A DNA stretch of 64,000 bases from contig NW_013657618.1 in the NCBI RefSeq assembly GCF_000142905.1, forward strand, positions 1 to 64,000, read 5' to 3'. Position numbers and translations under genes: made by a program. The notes beneath the pieces are model-generated. The model made no database searches. It had not been told where the DNA came from and saw nothing but the letters and a program-made list of their open reading frames with translations. Below are positions 1 through 13,700 of the stretch, in pieces (positions within the stretch are counted from its first letter, which is position 1; each line of letters opens with the position of its first letter). The stretch comes from Thecamonas trahens ATCC 50062 (lineage: Eukaryota; Protista; Apusomonadida).

Positions 1-682
1 AGCCCTGAGCCCGGCCGCAACTAGACTCAATCCACTACCAGCTTTTTAACCGCGACAGCTTTAATATACGATATTGGAGCTGGAATTACCGCGGCTGCTG
101 GCACCAGACTTGCCCTCCAATTGTTCCTCGTTAAGGCTTGTACTTTGTACTCATTCCAATTGGGGCCCCCAAAGGGGGTCCCATCGGTATTGGTCGTCAC
201 TACCTCGGCGTGTCGCCATTGGGTAATTTGCGCGCCTGCTGCCTTCCTTGGAAGTGGTGGCCGTTTCTCACGGCCCCCTCTCCGGAATAGAACCCCCCAT
301 TCGCCGTCACCCGTAACCACCATGGTAAGCCTCTATCTTACCATCGAAAGTTGATAGGGCAGAAATTCCAATGAACCATCCACGCTTGCCAACAAGCCCT
401 CGATTCGTACAGTTAACATGACTCACGAAAGAAGACACACTAGTGCGCCATCGTCTTGGCCTCTAATAGATACCGCACGCCCCAACAAAAATGCTAGGCC
501 ATGACTCCTTGGCGTGTATTAGCTCTAGATTTTCTACGGTTATCCATGTAGCGGCTTCCATCAAAGAGACTATTACTGATTTAATGAGCCATTCGCAGTT
601 TCACTGTAAATCGCTTACACTTATACGTGCATGGCTTAGTCCTAGAGACAAGCATATGACCACTGGCAGGATCAACCAGGTA
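1..682 (-). rRNA. 18S: 18S (SSU) rRNA, 5' portion, continuing beyond window start; divergent sequence
   Basis: Reverse complement of the eukaryotic SSU 5' end TACCTGGTTGATCCTGCCAG at 663-682, the 530-loop GTGCCAGCAGCCGCGGTAATTCCAGCTCC at ~75-103, and GGCAGCAGGCGCGCAAATTACCC at ~221-243. Confidence 0.97.
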
Positions 683-1740
683 TCTCTCCTTGTCTGCGGT
701 GTCTGGCCCTTGCCCGGCTCCGCAGAGCGTCAGAAATCGTTCGAAAAGTGGCATTTTGAGCACCCGGAAAGGGGGGGGTGCCAAAAATTTTGGTCACTCT
801 CCCCCCATCCCCCAGCCTCCAAAATCACATCCACCTCACGTACTGCTTCTTACGACTCAAGTCAAGTACTCTTTCGACAAGAAACAAACGACGCACATCT
901 CTGCACCCCGCTCCTCCCTGCTGGCTCTCTCTCAACCACAGTTCGTTTCAGCCCCGGTCTTCTTCAAGCGCATCACAGAGCCCGCCGGAGCTTCCTCCGA
1001 CGCCCCCTGCCCAACGCCCCGGGTCTCCCGGCCTCGCCCAGCACCAGCTTGACCTGGCCACTCCGCTCAACCGGCTCCTTCCTCCACTTGCCCTGTCCTA
1101 GCTCGCAAGAGCCATCAGTGCAACTCAACAAGCCCACTCTCCCGCCATGCCGCGCCGTCTTGCTTGCCAAGTCGCCGCGGTCTCTAGCTGGTATCATGCG
1201 CTGCCGCTGTTAGCTTCAGCCTGCGCCCGCGCCCTGGCCGTAGAGCCAGAGCCCGGACCCACGCCAGTGCTCGTGAGGGGTTGCCCGCCTCGGTGGGTTG
1301 GGAGGAGTTGACTGTTTTCACACATTGTGATAGCAGTTCTCTCCACCACGTGTTTGGCCACAGAAATTGACAAACCACTTGGTTTGTGGTGACTGTGGGG
1401 ATGCATATTGTGGGTGGTGGTGATGGGGTGGTGGGGTGGCGCACTTGGTCGGAATTGGTTGGTCGGGGTCTGGGGGGGTCATCATGGTTATTGCACACCC
1501 CCGTCCAGCCTCGACACCCTTGCCATCACTCGCCAGCCGTCGAGAAGCCGACCGCCACCATCATCATCACCATACACATCCCCCTCACACACACACATAC
1601 GCATGCATCCACATCCACTTGCTCGCCATACCCACATCCCACCAACCCCAGCCAGCCAGCCATTGATCACAAATTCTCACCTGATCACACAACCTCACCA
1701 CCCACACCCCGCCATTAACCATCACCTACCTACACACCAC
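683..1740 (-). promoter_or_regulatory. Probable 5' ETS / rDNA intergenic spacer containing the Pol I promoter region
   Basis: Lies immediately upstream of the 18S 5' end with no convincing coding content; ends at an N-gap. Inferred from position only. Confidence 0.5.
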
Positions 1741-2199
1741 NNNNNNNNNNNNNNNNNNNNNNNNNNNNNNNNNNNNNNNNNNNNNNNNNNNNNNNNNNNN
1801 NNNNNNNNNNNNNNNNNNNNNNNNNNNNNNNNNNNNNNNNCGTCCGCGAAATGCCTGCCATCCACACTTTGCCAGGTGGCGCTGCCTGCGCCCTCCAGCT
1901 GCTGAAGATGAGACCCAAATACATGCGCCGAGCACAACTATGCCTCGAACTTCCGCCACACAACCGTTTTCGCTCTCCTGCAACCACCACGCCCGACCAT
2001 CCATCCCATCAACCCCATCACCTGCTGCTGCTCAACCATCCATGCCCACCCCTACCGTCCTCTGCAATCCAATCACCCCTCATCGCGCATCAACACTCTG
2101 TCCTCCTTTATCCCGATCTCCCCCGCAGCTCCCCACCGCCTCGGCCAGTCCTCCTTACCGTCCTCGATCAAGCGAGGTCAGCCGGCCAGCTCTTCTTTG

Positions 2200-3128
2200 C
2201 TGGGCGTCGTGCTACCTCTACCTGACAACGACGTACCTTGCCAACCCCACCCATGTCCCTCGCTCGTTGTCCTCATCGCCGCCGCCCGCACACGCACCCT
2301 GACTCACGCCGCGCAGCCGCAATCTGATCTCTGCCATCGAGGCGTTGCACATGCCAACCGCACCCTCGCTCGCAGCCGAGTGCTGCTGACATCAACGCCA
2401 TCGTCCTCCTCGCCGACGTTACCGCTGGCATGACGACTGCCACGCCGTTCATGGGCTGGGCAAACAACAAGCAAGCCGACCACGCTCCGTCCACCACAGC
2501 CGTGCAGCAGCCTGGGCATCACCGCCCTGGCGGTCGATGCAACGTCGTCGTCCTTCCTCAAGAGCGCGCTGCGGTTCCAGCTCGCCATCAAGCTAACAGC
2601 GGACGCAACAAAGACCTGCCCTGCTCCGCCCAGACGAATGGGACATCCGGTTGCTCGACGACAGCGAGCACATGCCATCACCCCTCCACAGACTCGTCGT
2701 CGCCAGATCGTGCACCCTCTGAGCACATCCATGCCTCAGTCGGACACCAGCCATCCCCTCTCCCATCGTCACACCCGAGCCACACATGCCGCGCCTCCTC
2801 CCAGCAAACGAGCACACGGCCCACGCACACACGCGTATGCTGGACATCCTCTCCAGCCCGATCTACCACCTCACCCTCGCATCGGCCTCCCATCGCCTTC
2901 TCAGCCACCTATCCGACGCCCCCAAGGCCGACGCTAAAAAGCCAACCACAAACGATCCCGATCCCATGGGCCTCACCTCCCCCGAGTCGGACGACCGCAG
3001 ATCCCTCGTCGGTGAGCTGGCTGCCATGAACCCCCACTGTGCACTCAACAAAGCTGATGCCCGCCTTCCATCGCCATCTCAACTTGCATACGACTGGCCG
3101 ATCGCTCCCTCACCCTGGCCACTGGTCG
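2200..3128 (+). pseudogene. Highly degenerate receptor-kinase remnant
   Basis: Fragments in different frames (LCHRGVAHANRTLARSRVLL; LDILSSPIYHLT; RSLVGELAAMNP...ARLP) weakly resemble kinase subdomains VIb, IX and XI of the 16350-20726 protein. No continuous ORF. Confidence 0.35.
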
Positions 3129-4438
3129 GCCACGGCCGCGGTTCTCGATGCATCCACCAACTTGAGCAAGGTGCACGACCCGCCGATGGCAATCAACGCC
3201 TTGCTAGTGATGTTCTTGTCGTTTGGGCAGCCACCAACCTTGATCGCCACAAGGTCGCGGCGCTTGTACACCACCGCAGCCACAACGACGTCGGCCGTCT
3301 GATCGCTACCGCGCCAAACGCCGTAGACGCTGTTGGAGAAGGTAACGGCCGGGCTCTCCGGAAGCGTCTCGAGCGCATCCTCGATCGAGTCAACAAAGCC
3401 GAGGTGACCTTGAGATTCAAAGTCCATGATGGTTGTCAGCGCAGTTGTGACCATCCGTCCGCTCTTGTGGTCCACCACCACGTTGGATGGCTTGAGCGAG
3501 CCGTGCCCGCCGCCCGTGATCGAGTGGACCTCGGCGAGCGCACGCGCCAGCGCCAGTCCGATGCTCAGAGCCCGTACGTGATCGAGGCCCGAGCCCGAGC
3601 TCAGCTCGTCGAGCCCGGCCAACCCGCCGACGCCGCTCACTCCGCCGCCCCGCGGCAGCCGCTTCTGCCGTCGCTGCGACGACCGATCGTGAGGCCGCCC
3701 GACAAGAAAGGCCTCGGCGAGGAGCTCCTCCAACGACTCGCCGCTGATCCGCGGGTAGATGAGCGCCACATGCGGCGACTCGAGGCAGAGCACCAGCGGT
3801 GAGACGATCGACAGGCACTCGATGCCCACGCTCACCGCCGACGCCATGCACACCGCCACCTGCAGCAGCTGCTGTGGCGTTCGCGGCACGTCGCACCCGC
3901 GCCACTCGCTCTCCACCACCCGCGTGTACCCGCCGAGCACCATCGGCCCGCCAGCCTCGAGCACCGCCTCCATCTCGCGCCGCGACAGAAAGGCGACGAG
4001 CCCGCCGCTCCCGCTCCCGCCGCTCCCGCCGCTTCTCGGCGACGCCGATCGTCCAGACCGCGCAGGCCGCGGCGATCCCCCGCTGTCGTCGTCGCGATCA
4101 GGCCCAGGTAGGCTCAGCATGGCCGAGCTCATGCTCCGCGCTGCAAACAGGCCGCGCCCGGTCTCGGCCTGCAGGACGTAGAAGCCCGGATGGTCTGGCC
4201 GGGTGAACAGCCGGTGGTAGCGGAACCACGAAACGTGGCCATCCAGCCCGCCGCTGTTGCCCAGCACACTCCGCTCCAGCGGGAAGGTCAGCCTGCCCGT
4301 CGTTGCTGCCATCGGCCCGCTTCCGCGGCTTCTCCCCGCGACACCGTCGCCCACAGGCACCACGCCATCCCCGCCTTCCATCGCCATCTCAACTTGCATA
4401 CGACTGGCCGATCGCTCCCTCGCCCTGGCCGCTGGTCG
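3060..4438 (+). repeat. 69-bp direct repeat pair (3060-3128 and 4370-4438)
   Basis: CCCGCCTTCCATCGCCATCTCAACTTGCATACGACTGGCCGATCGCTCCCTC(A/G)CCCTGGCC(A/G)CTGGTCG occurs twice with 2 mismatches. Confidence 0.95.
3110..4370 (-). pseudogene. Truncated (pseudo)kinase fragment related to kinase domain 2 of the 16350-20726 receptor
   Basis: LCLESPHVALIYPRISGESL...SIGLALARALAEVHSITGGGHGSLKPSNVV aligns with MCLERPLVAFIYPMLPGGSL...VGQSIVRALGNLHSALGRGHGSLTPSNIV; the C-lobe is lost. The ORF start in the track is a (CA)n artefact. Confidence 0.6.
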
Positions 4439-4601
4439 AACAGGTGCGCGACGTCTTCGGTCGATCCGTCTACCGACAACAACAAGAGTATCTGATGGGC
4501 ATCCAGACCCAGCTGCGACAACATCATCACCATCTCCCTTGCCGACCCATACATCGATGCGACTGCTTTCCATGCCGTTCCGTTCGCCAACGCCGACAAG
4601 A

Positions 4602-4641
<40 letters not shown>

Positions 4642-4703
4642 GCGCGCGGGGGGGGGGGGGGGGGGGGGGGGGGGCCTACGTCCAAAATCGCAACTCATGT
4701 TAC

Positions 4704-7700
4704 TCACATCCGCTGCGGCGGCGGTGACGTCGGCAACGGCGGCAGCGGCGGCGCAGCGAGCGACGACGGGAACGGCATCGCCGATGACGCCGTCACTGAG
4801 AGCGGCGGCGGCGGGAGGGCCGCGCCTGCGGCCGACGACGGCATCGCCGGTAGCGGCGGGAGCGGGGCAGAGACGTCGGCGCCCTCGGATGAGAAGCCAC
4901 CGTCCGACTCGCCGAGCGTCGACGAGTTCGAGCCGCCCATGCCCTGCGGCAGCGGCGGCGGTGCGGCAAACGATCCCGAGTTGCCAAACGACTCAAAGGC
5001 CTGGAACGAGCCCATGGCCTGGAACGAGCCGCCGTCAAACGAGCCCATAACGCCAAGCGGCGGTGGCGGCGGGCCGACGGGACGGCTTGCTCCGTTGACG
5101 CTCGCCTCGCCACCAAACGACGGGTTGGCAAACGTCGTCACCTCGCCTGAGTTGTGCTCCGGCAGGCCAGCGTTGAACATCATCGGCTCCTGTGTGTCGA
5201 ACATCGAGTGCATCTCGCCGGGCGTGAGCATCTCCGTCGCCGCCACAAACTCCGAGTCGGCCTCAAGGATGTCGACCATGTCGTCGGCCTCGCGCTGCGC
5301 GAGCGACTTGATCTCGTGGAGTACACCGTAGATGAGAACGAGGATGTTGGCGCAGAGCGCACCGAGCACCAGCGGGTCGCGGATCGAGCCTGAGTTGGCC
5401 GTCCCGCCGAGGAGCACCACGCACGAGGTGAAGATCGCCGCCATGGAGAGCTTGTTGTGGAAGGGCGAGATGTACGGCATGGCATACGAGACGTGGCCAA
5501 AGGCCATGACGAGGACAAGCGCCGCCACAAGCGCCTCGTGCTGTGCTTCCTGGAAGATGACCAGCGCGAGGACAACGCACAGCTTGCGCGCCATGATCGC
5601 CACCTCGAAAAAGTAGCTCTCTTCGTTGAACCGCGCCACCAGGAAGCCGTACTTGAGATGGAACGAGAACGCGTCGAGCGACCGCGACTTGGCCCGCAGC
5701 AGCGCAAAGGTTGCCGCCGGAATGCCCAGCGCATACAGCAGGCCAAACACCGCTGCCACGTAGAAGAGCTGCCAGTAGCGTGCCGTGTAGCACTCGATCG
5801 CCGGCTCGGACGCCATCACGTACGTCGACGATCCGGCACCAACAGGCTCGCACTCAAAGTACCGGAGGACCACAAAAGTGAGCGGAAGGTAGCAGAAAAT
5901 GAAGAGCTGGGAAAAGGTGCGGACCACAGCCTGCCGAAGCGCCACAGCCGTGAGCAGCGACTCAGAGAACAGCCGCCCGCAGCGGTACTTGACCGCACGC
6001 CCGCGCGAGATCTTGCCGTCGTCGAGCTCGGACTCGGCGCCTGCGTGCGCAATCCACTTGGGATGACGCGCCGCCCATCCCTCGCCGCACGAGCTCACCA
6101 CAACCCGGTAGAGCGTGCCGAGCGCCCATGCCACGCCCAGGAGGACAAGCATAAAGACCGGCAGCAAGAGCATGAGCACCCACTTGACAAGCCACGGATC
6201 GCCCATGTCAAACGAGCACTCGGGCGACGTAATCTCGATGTTGAGGTTGGCCACAGAGAGAATGTCAAAGAACGTCCGCGCAATCGGATGCCACTTGAGG
6301 TTGATGTCACCGTACAGCGCAGAGATCTGGAGCGAGTTGAAACCGATCATGAACGCCGCAGCCGTGTACATCCGGTTGTGCGTCTCGCGCGAGTTGAGGT
6401 ACACAAGCACGCACACAAAGCAGAGGAGGACAACCACCGCAGAGAGCGCGATGGCCAGCGCCTTGGTCCGGTCACAGGGGAAGCACCGCTCGCCCATGCG
6501 GTAGAAGCCCTTCTGGCACTCGGAGCACGACGTGCCCTGGTAGCCCGTCGCGCACGCGCCCGAGCCCAGGCATGCCGCCGGCCGCGGGCACGAGACAAAC
6601 GCCTCGCCGTCGCTAAAGTAGCCCGGCCGCGGGAACGGCGGGTCATTGCCGCCGCGGCAGATCGCACCCACAGGGCACGCCGCACACGCCGGCACGCCCT
6701 CGGGCGTGATCGGCGCACGCGGCGAGGTGTAAAAGTCGGGCAGGCATGTGCAGTTGAACGCTGTCGCCGAACGCGCCGGCGAGCTCATGTCGGCGGGACA
6801 CGCCACGCACTCCTCGCCCGCTGCATCAGAGAACGTGTTCGCCGAGCATGCCACGCACGGGCCCGTGATCCGAACCCGCCGCTCGCCTGGAGGGCAAACC
6901 GCCGCCACCTGAACCAGCCACGGCGAGTCCGCCAGCGGCACCTGATCAAGCGTCACAGAGAGCGTGAGCAGGCCGCCTGTCGGCACAGAGTACTCAAACA
7001 CGTACCCGGTCTCCGGCCCGGACGCCGATGCCACGTACTCCACCGGAATCGTGCCCACAAGTTCGCCCTTGAGCGCAGCCGTGAACGGCGTCGTCGGCGG
7101 CGACGGCGCAACAGGCACAGCGTTGCCCCACGCGTCGCGCGGCGCGATGGCAAACTGAACCACCTCGTCCTGCGCAAACAGCTCGTCATCGCTCGAGACA
7201 ACTCCAAGCGCCACGCCCGACGCAGTCGATGTCGTCGCCGCCGGCGCACCAGCCACAACCGTCACATCGTACGGCGATGTGCCAATAGCGTCGCCATTGA
7301 GCACCACGTGGTACTTGTACGTCCCTGCCGTCCGCACCGTCAGCTCGGTGTCAAACGCCCGCGTCGCCGCGTTCCACGTCGCCGGAGACGACTGCGACCG
7401 CGCAGTGATCGAGATCGGCGTCCCGTCGCGGAGAACCGCAACCACGTCCTTGGAGATGATCAGCGTGTCGTTGGTCAGCGACCGCGGCTGGACAGAGAGC
7501 GCCCAGCCGGGCCGTCGGCCGAGATCGTCACCGCCGGCGGCGAGAAGACCAGCGAGTTGTCCGTCGACGTTGACGAGCAGAACGGCACGCCCTCCTCCCA
7601 CTCGCCATCGTCGCCACAGGTCAGCGTCTCCGAGCCAAACAGCAGGTACTCGCCATCGCACGAGAACGGTCCGCACTGCTCGCCGATGCGGTTGGTGCAC

Positions 7701-10700
7701 GTCGGCGCCGTCCCAAACGGAATCGATGTCACCGGCGGGCAGTAGTCGAGGACCGGCTGACAGACCGGCGGCGTGCCGGTCCACGAAGGGCCGATGCCAC
7801 AGATAAGCACCGCAGAGCCCACCAGCTCGTACCCGGCGTCGCAAGAGTAGATGCAGAAGCCGCCGAGCTTCGAGTCGCACAGCGCCCGTGTCCCGTTGCC
7901 AGGCGCCGGCACCCGCGAGTCAAAGCAATAGTTGGGATCGAGCCCGCACTGCGGCCGCGGACCGCTCCACAGCCCGGCCATCGGCGTGTTCACCTCGCAC
8001 GTTCGCGCCACAGATCCGAGGATCTCGTAGCCCTCGTCGCAGGTAAACGGCCCGCATACCTCGCCCACCGTCCCGTTGCACTCCGGGTTGATCCCGTTGC
8101 TCAGGGCGGCGTGCGTCGGGCAGTAGCCCACCGTCCGCACACACTCGCCAAACGACGCCGACCACGCAGGCCCGGCGCCGCACGTGATGGACGTCACGCC
8201 CACGGCCTCATATCCGCTGCCGCAGAGGAAGGTGCAGCTGCCGTCAATCGAGAGATCGCACGCCCCAAGCACAGAGTTGGCCGGCGCATCGGGGATGGCG
8301 CAGTATGCCGCATCCTTGGTGCAGCTCGCCTCAAGCCCGGTCCATCCACCGGTCGAGCTCGTGTCCGCCACGCAAGTCCGCGTAGCCGTCCCACTCAGCG
8401 AGTAGCCAGCGTTGCAGCTCGCCGGCCCACAGCTCGTCCCGATGGCGCCGGTGCAGCTCGCGATGACGCCGTTTGACGGCGCCGCCAGCGGCGTGCAGTA
8501 CCCAGCATAGGTGACGCATTGCGAGAGCGGCTCGGACCAGCCAGGCCCGGCCATGCAGGTCACCGTCGACGTCGTACCCTCGGTGTACCCGTTGTCGCAT
8601 GCCACGCTGCAGTTGCCGCCGATGAACCGGTCGCAGTCGCCGATGGCCGCGTTGGCCGGCGCCGCAGGCACCGGGCAGTAGAACGGCTCGCGCGAGCATG
8701 TCGCCGGCGCCCCGGTCCACGTCCCGGCAGCCGGCCCGTTGGACACGCAGCTCCGCGTTGCGTCGCCAAACAGGTTGTAGCCGGCGTTGCACGTCGCCGG
8801 TCCGCACGCCTCGCCCAGCTGGCCGCTGCATCCGACCGCCGCGCGCCCGTTTTCAGGTGCAGGCAGCGGCGCGCAGTAGCCATCGGTGATGGCGCACACG
8901 CCGAGAATGTCCGACCACTCGGGGCCGGCGCCGCAGGTGATGGTCGCTGCTCCGGCCGACGAGTAGCCGTCGGCGCAGCTCGCGCTACAGTTGCCGCCGA
9001 TGAACCGGTCGCAGTCGCCGAGAGCACCGTTGGCTGGCGCCGCAGGCATCGGGCAGTAGTTCGGCTCGCGGGTGCAGAGCGCAGGCGCACCGGTCCACGT
9101 CCCAGACACCGGACCGTTGTCGACACAGCTCCGAGTAGCTGAGCCGGCAATGTTGTAGCCGGCGTTGCAGCTTGCCGGTCCGCAGGCCGAACCGATCTGG
9201 CCCGAGCACGTGCCGATGACGCCGTTCTCAGGCGCAGGCAGCTGGGCGCAGTAACCGTCAGCAATGGCGCACGCGCCAAGGATGTCCGACCAGTTGGGCC
9301 CGGCGTTGCAGGTGATCGACGACGCGCCGGCGGCGGCGTACCCGTTGGCACAGCTCGCCGAGCACATCCCACCGATGTGGCGGTCGCATGTCCCGAGCGC
9401 CCCATTGGCCGGCGCCGCAGGCATCGGGCAGTAGCTCGGGTTGATGGTGCACGTCGCCGGCGTCCCCGTCCAGCTCCCGGACGCCACGCCGTTGTCGACG
9501 CAGCTGCGGGTGGCCGAGCCCGCCAGATCGTAGCCGGCGTTGCAGCTAGCCGGTCCGCACGCCGACCCGATATGGCCCGAGCACGATCCGATGACGCCGT
9601 TGGTTGGCGGCGGGAGCGGGGTGCAGTAGCCATCAGTGATGGTGCACGCGCCGAGGATGTCCGACCAGTTGGGCCCGGCGTTGCAGGTGATCGACGACGC
9701 GCCGGCCGTCGAGAACCCGTTGGCGCAGCTCGCCGAGCACGTCCCGCCGATGTGCTCATCGCACGTGCCGAGTGTTCCGTTGGCCGGCGCGTCGGGAGTC
9801 GGGCAGTACGCGTCGTCGAGGACGCACGACCAGGCGGCGCCGGTCCAGGTCCCGGACGCCATGCCGTTGTCCGAGCACGACCGCGTCGCCGTGCCCACCA
9901 GGTTGTACCCGGCGTTGCAGCTCGCCGGGCCGCAGCTCGTCCCGATCTTGCCGGTGCAGTCGCCAGTAAGGATACCGTTGACCGGAGCCGAAAGCGGCGC
10001 GCAGTAGCCGGATGTCTTGGCGCAGTCGGCGAGTGGAGCCGACCAGTTGGGCCCAGCATGACACGTCGCCGATGTGGCGCCGGCCGTCGAGTACCCGTTG
10101 TTGCAGCTCGCCGAGCACGTCCCGCCGATCGAGCGCGTGCACGGGCCGAGCACCGCGTTGGCGGGCGCAGTCACCGCAGGGCAGTAGTTGGGCTCGAGGC
10201 TGCACGTCGTCGTCGAGCCGGACCAGGTGCCGGCGACCGCGCCGCCGTCCTCGCAGTTCCGCGCCGCCGATCCACCGAGGTTGTAGCCGGCGTCACAGGT
10301 GACCGGACCGCAGACAGTGCCAATCTTGCCGGTGCACGGCCCGGTGAAGGCGCCGTTGGTCGGCGGCGTGAGGACGGCGCAGTAGCCGGCGTCAGCCGTG
10401 CAGTCGCCAAACACGGCCGACCAGATCGAGCCCGAGCCGCACGTGGCCGTCGTCGCGCCCGTCGTCGAGTATCCGTTGTTGCAGCTCGCGCCACAAGCGC
10501 CGCCGATGGACCGGGTGCACGAGCCAATGGCGCCGTTGGTCGGTGCCGCAGGGAGCGGGCAGTACGTCGTGTCGAGCGTGCAAGCGAGGGTCGTGCCGGA
10601 CCAGCTGCCCGTGACAGGCGTGGCCGGATCGCACGTCCGCGTCGCAGTGCCAGACGCGGTGTAGCCGGCGTTGCAGGTGTAGGGCCCACAGGCCGTGCTC

Positions 10701-13700
10701 ACCTCGCCCGAGCATCCGATCGCAGCCTTGCCGTTGGTCGGTGCCTCGTCGGGCGTGCAGTAGTTCGCGATCTTGACGCAGCTGCCAAACGAGGCCGACC
10801 AAGCCGGGCCGGCCTGGCAGGAGATCGACGTGGTGCCGGTCGCCTGGTAGCCGTTGGCGCAGGAGAAGGAACATGAACCGCTGATGGCGCGCGAGCACGA
10901 GCCGAGCACTCCGTTAGCCGGAGCCGCCTGGAGCGTGCAGTAGTTGGTGATGAGGTTGCAGCTCGAGGTCGAGCCGGTCCAGGTGCCGGACGCCGGCCCG
11001 TTGTCCTCGCACACCCGCGATGCCGATCCGCTCAGCTCGTAGCCGGCGTTACAGGTAAACGGTCCACAGGATGAGGTGATGGTACCCGGGCATGATCCGC
11101 GGGCGCCGTTGGTAGGTGCAGGGAGGACGGCACAGTAGTCGGCGGTGGGGTTGCAGCTCCCGAGCACGCCAGACCAGTTCTTGTCGGCGCCGCAGGTGAG
11201 CCGATCGTTGCCGGTCAACGTGTACCCGTTGTCGCACTCGTAGATGCAGAGGCCGCCGTTGAGGGCCGAGCACGAGCTGATGGAGAAGTTGGGCGGCGGC
11301 GGCGGCGCCGACGGACAGTGGTTGGGATCGAGCTCGCACGTCGGCGTGGTGCCCGACCAGGTTCCCGCCGCCATCGTGCCGGCAAGGCAGGTCCGGCTCG
11401 CCGAACCGGCGGTGATGATGTAGCCGGCGTTACAGGTGTACGGGTTGGCCACGTCGTTGATCTTGCGAGTGTAGCCCACAGGCACCTTACCGTTGATCGG
11501 TGCCGTGAGCACCGGGCAGTAGTTGGTCTTGGGTACGCATGAGCCGATCGCACTCGACCAGGCCGGACCAGCCTCGCAGGTCACTGAAAGCGCGCCGTTC
11601 GCCACGTAGCCCTCATCGCAGGTGTACGAGCACGCGCCGCCGATGGAGGTATCGCATGGGCCGGGCGCACCGTTTGCCGGCGTCGCCAGGCGCGGTGAGC
11701 AGTACGTCGGGTTGGCGACGCACGTCGGCGCCGCCGACGACCAGCTCCCGCCAGCCTGGCACGTCCGGCTTGTTGCGCCCGAGATGTCGTACCCCGCGTT
11801 ACACGAGTACGGGCTGGCGGCGCTATCGATCGTCCGGTCGTACGTCGGTGGCGCCTTGCCGTTGGTCGGTGCCGTGAGCGCTGGGCAGTAGTTCGGCGTG
11901 GGCGAGCACGATCCGAGGGTCCCAGACCAAGTCCCGGACGTGGAGCAGGTGACCGACATGGCGCCCGAGGGCGTGTAGCCGGCCTGGCACGAGAACGAGC
12001 ACGCTCCGCCCACAGTACGGACGCACGAGCCCGGCGCGGCGTTGGCCGGCGTCGCCGGCGCCGGCGGGCAAAAGTTGGGCGTGGCCGCGCACGTCGGCTC
12101 GGTCGACGACCAGCTTCCACCAGCCTCGCACGTCCGGCTCGCGCTACCAGACATGGTGTATCCAGCGTTGCATGAGTACGAAGCCGCGGTGGCGCCGATC
12201 GAACGCGCGTACGTCGCCGGCGCCTTGCCGTTTGCCGGCGCGGTGAGCGCAGGGCAGTAGTTGGCGATGAGCCCGCATCCCGCGTTGGTCCCGGTCCACA
12301 CACCGCCCGACGCGCACGTCCGGCTCGCTGATCCCGAGAGCGCGTAGCCGCTGTTGCAAGTAAAGGTACCGCACTGGTTGTTGATGGCCCGGAGCGAGGC
12401 ACACGAGCCACTTGGTGAGATGACGCCGTTGGCCGGCGCGCTCAGCAGCGGGCAGTAGCTGTTGTCCAGAGTGCACGACGCGGCAGAGCCCGACCACGCG
12501 CCATTGGCCTGGCAGCTCCGCGAGGACGCGCCCGACATGATGTAGCCCGCGTTGCAGGAGAAGGTTCCGCACGAGGTGCCGACCGATCGGCCACAGGCCG
12601 ACGAGAGCTTACCGTTGGCCGGTGCGCTCAGTGCCGGGCAGTAGTTGGTAATGATCGAGCAGACCGGCGCGGCGCCCGACCAGACGGCGCCAGTCGAGCA
12701 GGTCCGCGAGGTGGCGCCCGAGAGGCTGTAGCCACCGTTGCAGGTAAACGTTCCGCACGACTCGCCGAGTGCGCGCTGCGCGCTGCAGGTCCCGCCGGGA
12801 GAGATCGCGCCGTTGGCCGGCGCCAGATGCTCCGGGCAGTAGTTGTTGTTGAGGGTGCAGACAGCGGCGGTGCCGGACCACGCGCCATTCGCCTGGCAGC
12901 TTCGGCTCGCCGAGCCGCCCATAATGTAGCCGGCGTTGCAAGAGAAGGTCCCGCACGAGGTGCCGACTGATCGGCCACAGGCCGACGAGAGCTTACCGTT
13001 GGCCGGCGCGCTCAGCGCCGGGCAGTAGTTGGTGATGATCGAGCAGACCGGCGCGGTGCCCGACCAGGTGCGGCCGGAAGAGCAGGTCCGCGAGGTGGCG
13101 CCCGAGAGGCTGTAGCCACCGTTGCAGACAAACGTCCCGCACGATTCGCCGAGTGCGCGCTGGGCGGCACAATCGGGGCCGGGCGAGATGGCGCCGTTGG
13201 TCGGGGCCAGGTGCTCCGGACAATAGTTGTTGTCGATGGAGCAGACGGCGGCGGTGCCGGACCAGGCTGCGTTCGACTGACACGTCCGGCTACCCGATCC
13301 GCCGAGCACGTAGCCGGCGTTGCAGGAGAAGGTACCGCAAACCTCGCCGACCGATCGCTTGGTGGAGCAAGAGGCCGAGAGCTTGCCGTTGGCCGGCGCG
13401 CCGAGGAGCGGGCAGTAGTCGGTAATGAGCGAGCAGACCGGTGCCGAGCCAGACCAGGTCTGGCCAGCCGAGCACGTCCGTGACGATGATCCCGAGAGCG
13501 CGTAGCCGCCCGAGCAAGAGAAGGTCCCGCAGACCTCACCGAGTGAGCGGCGGGTCGAGCAAGAGCCGATGGAGATGGCGCCGTTGGCCGGTGCCAGATG
13601 CTCCGGACAGTAGTTGGTGGTGAGGGTGCAGGTGGCGGCAGTGCCGGACCACGCACCGTTGGACAAACAGGTGCGGCTCGACGATCCGCCCATAGAGTAG

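Noticed and set aside
27-1213. ORFs overlapping the 18S gene and its spacer
   Set aside because: Spurious frames in rDNA.
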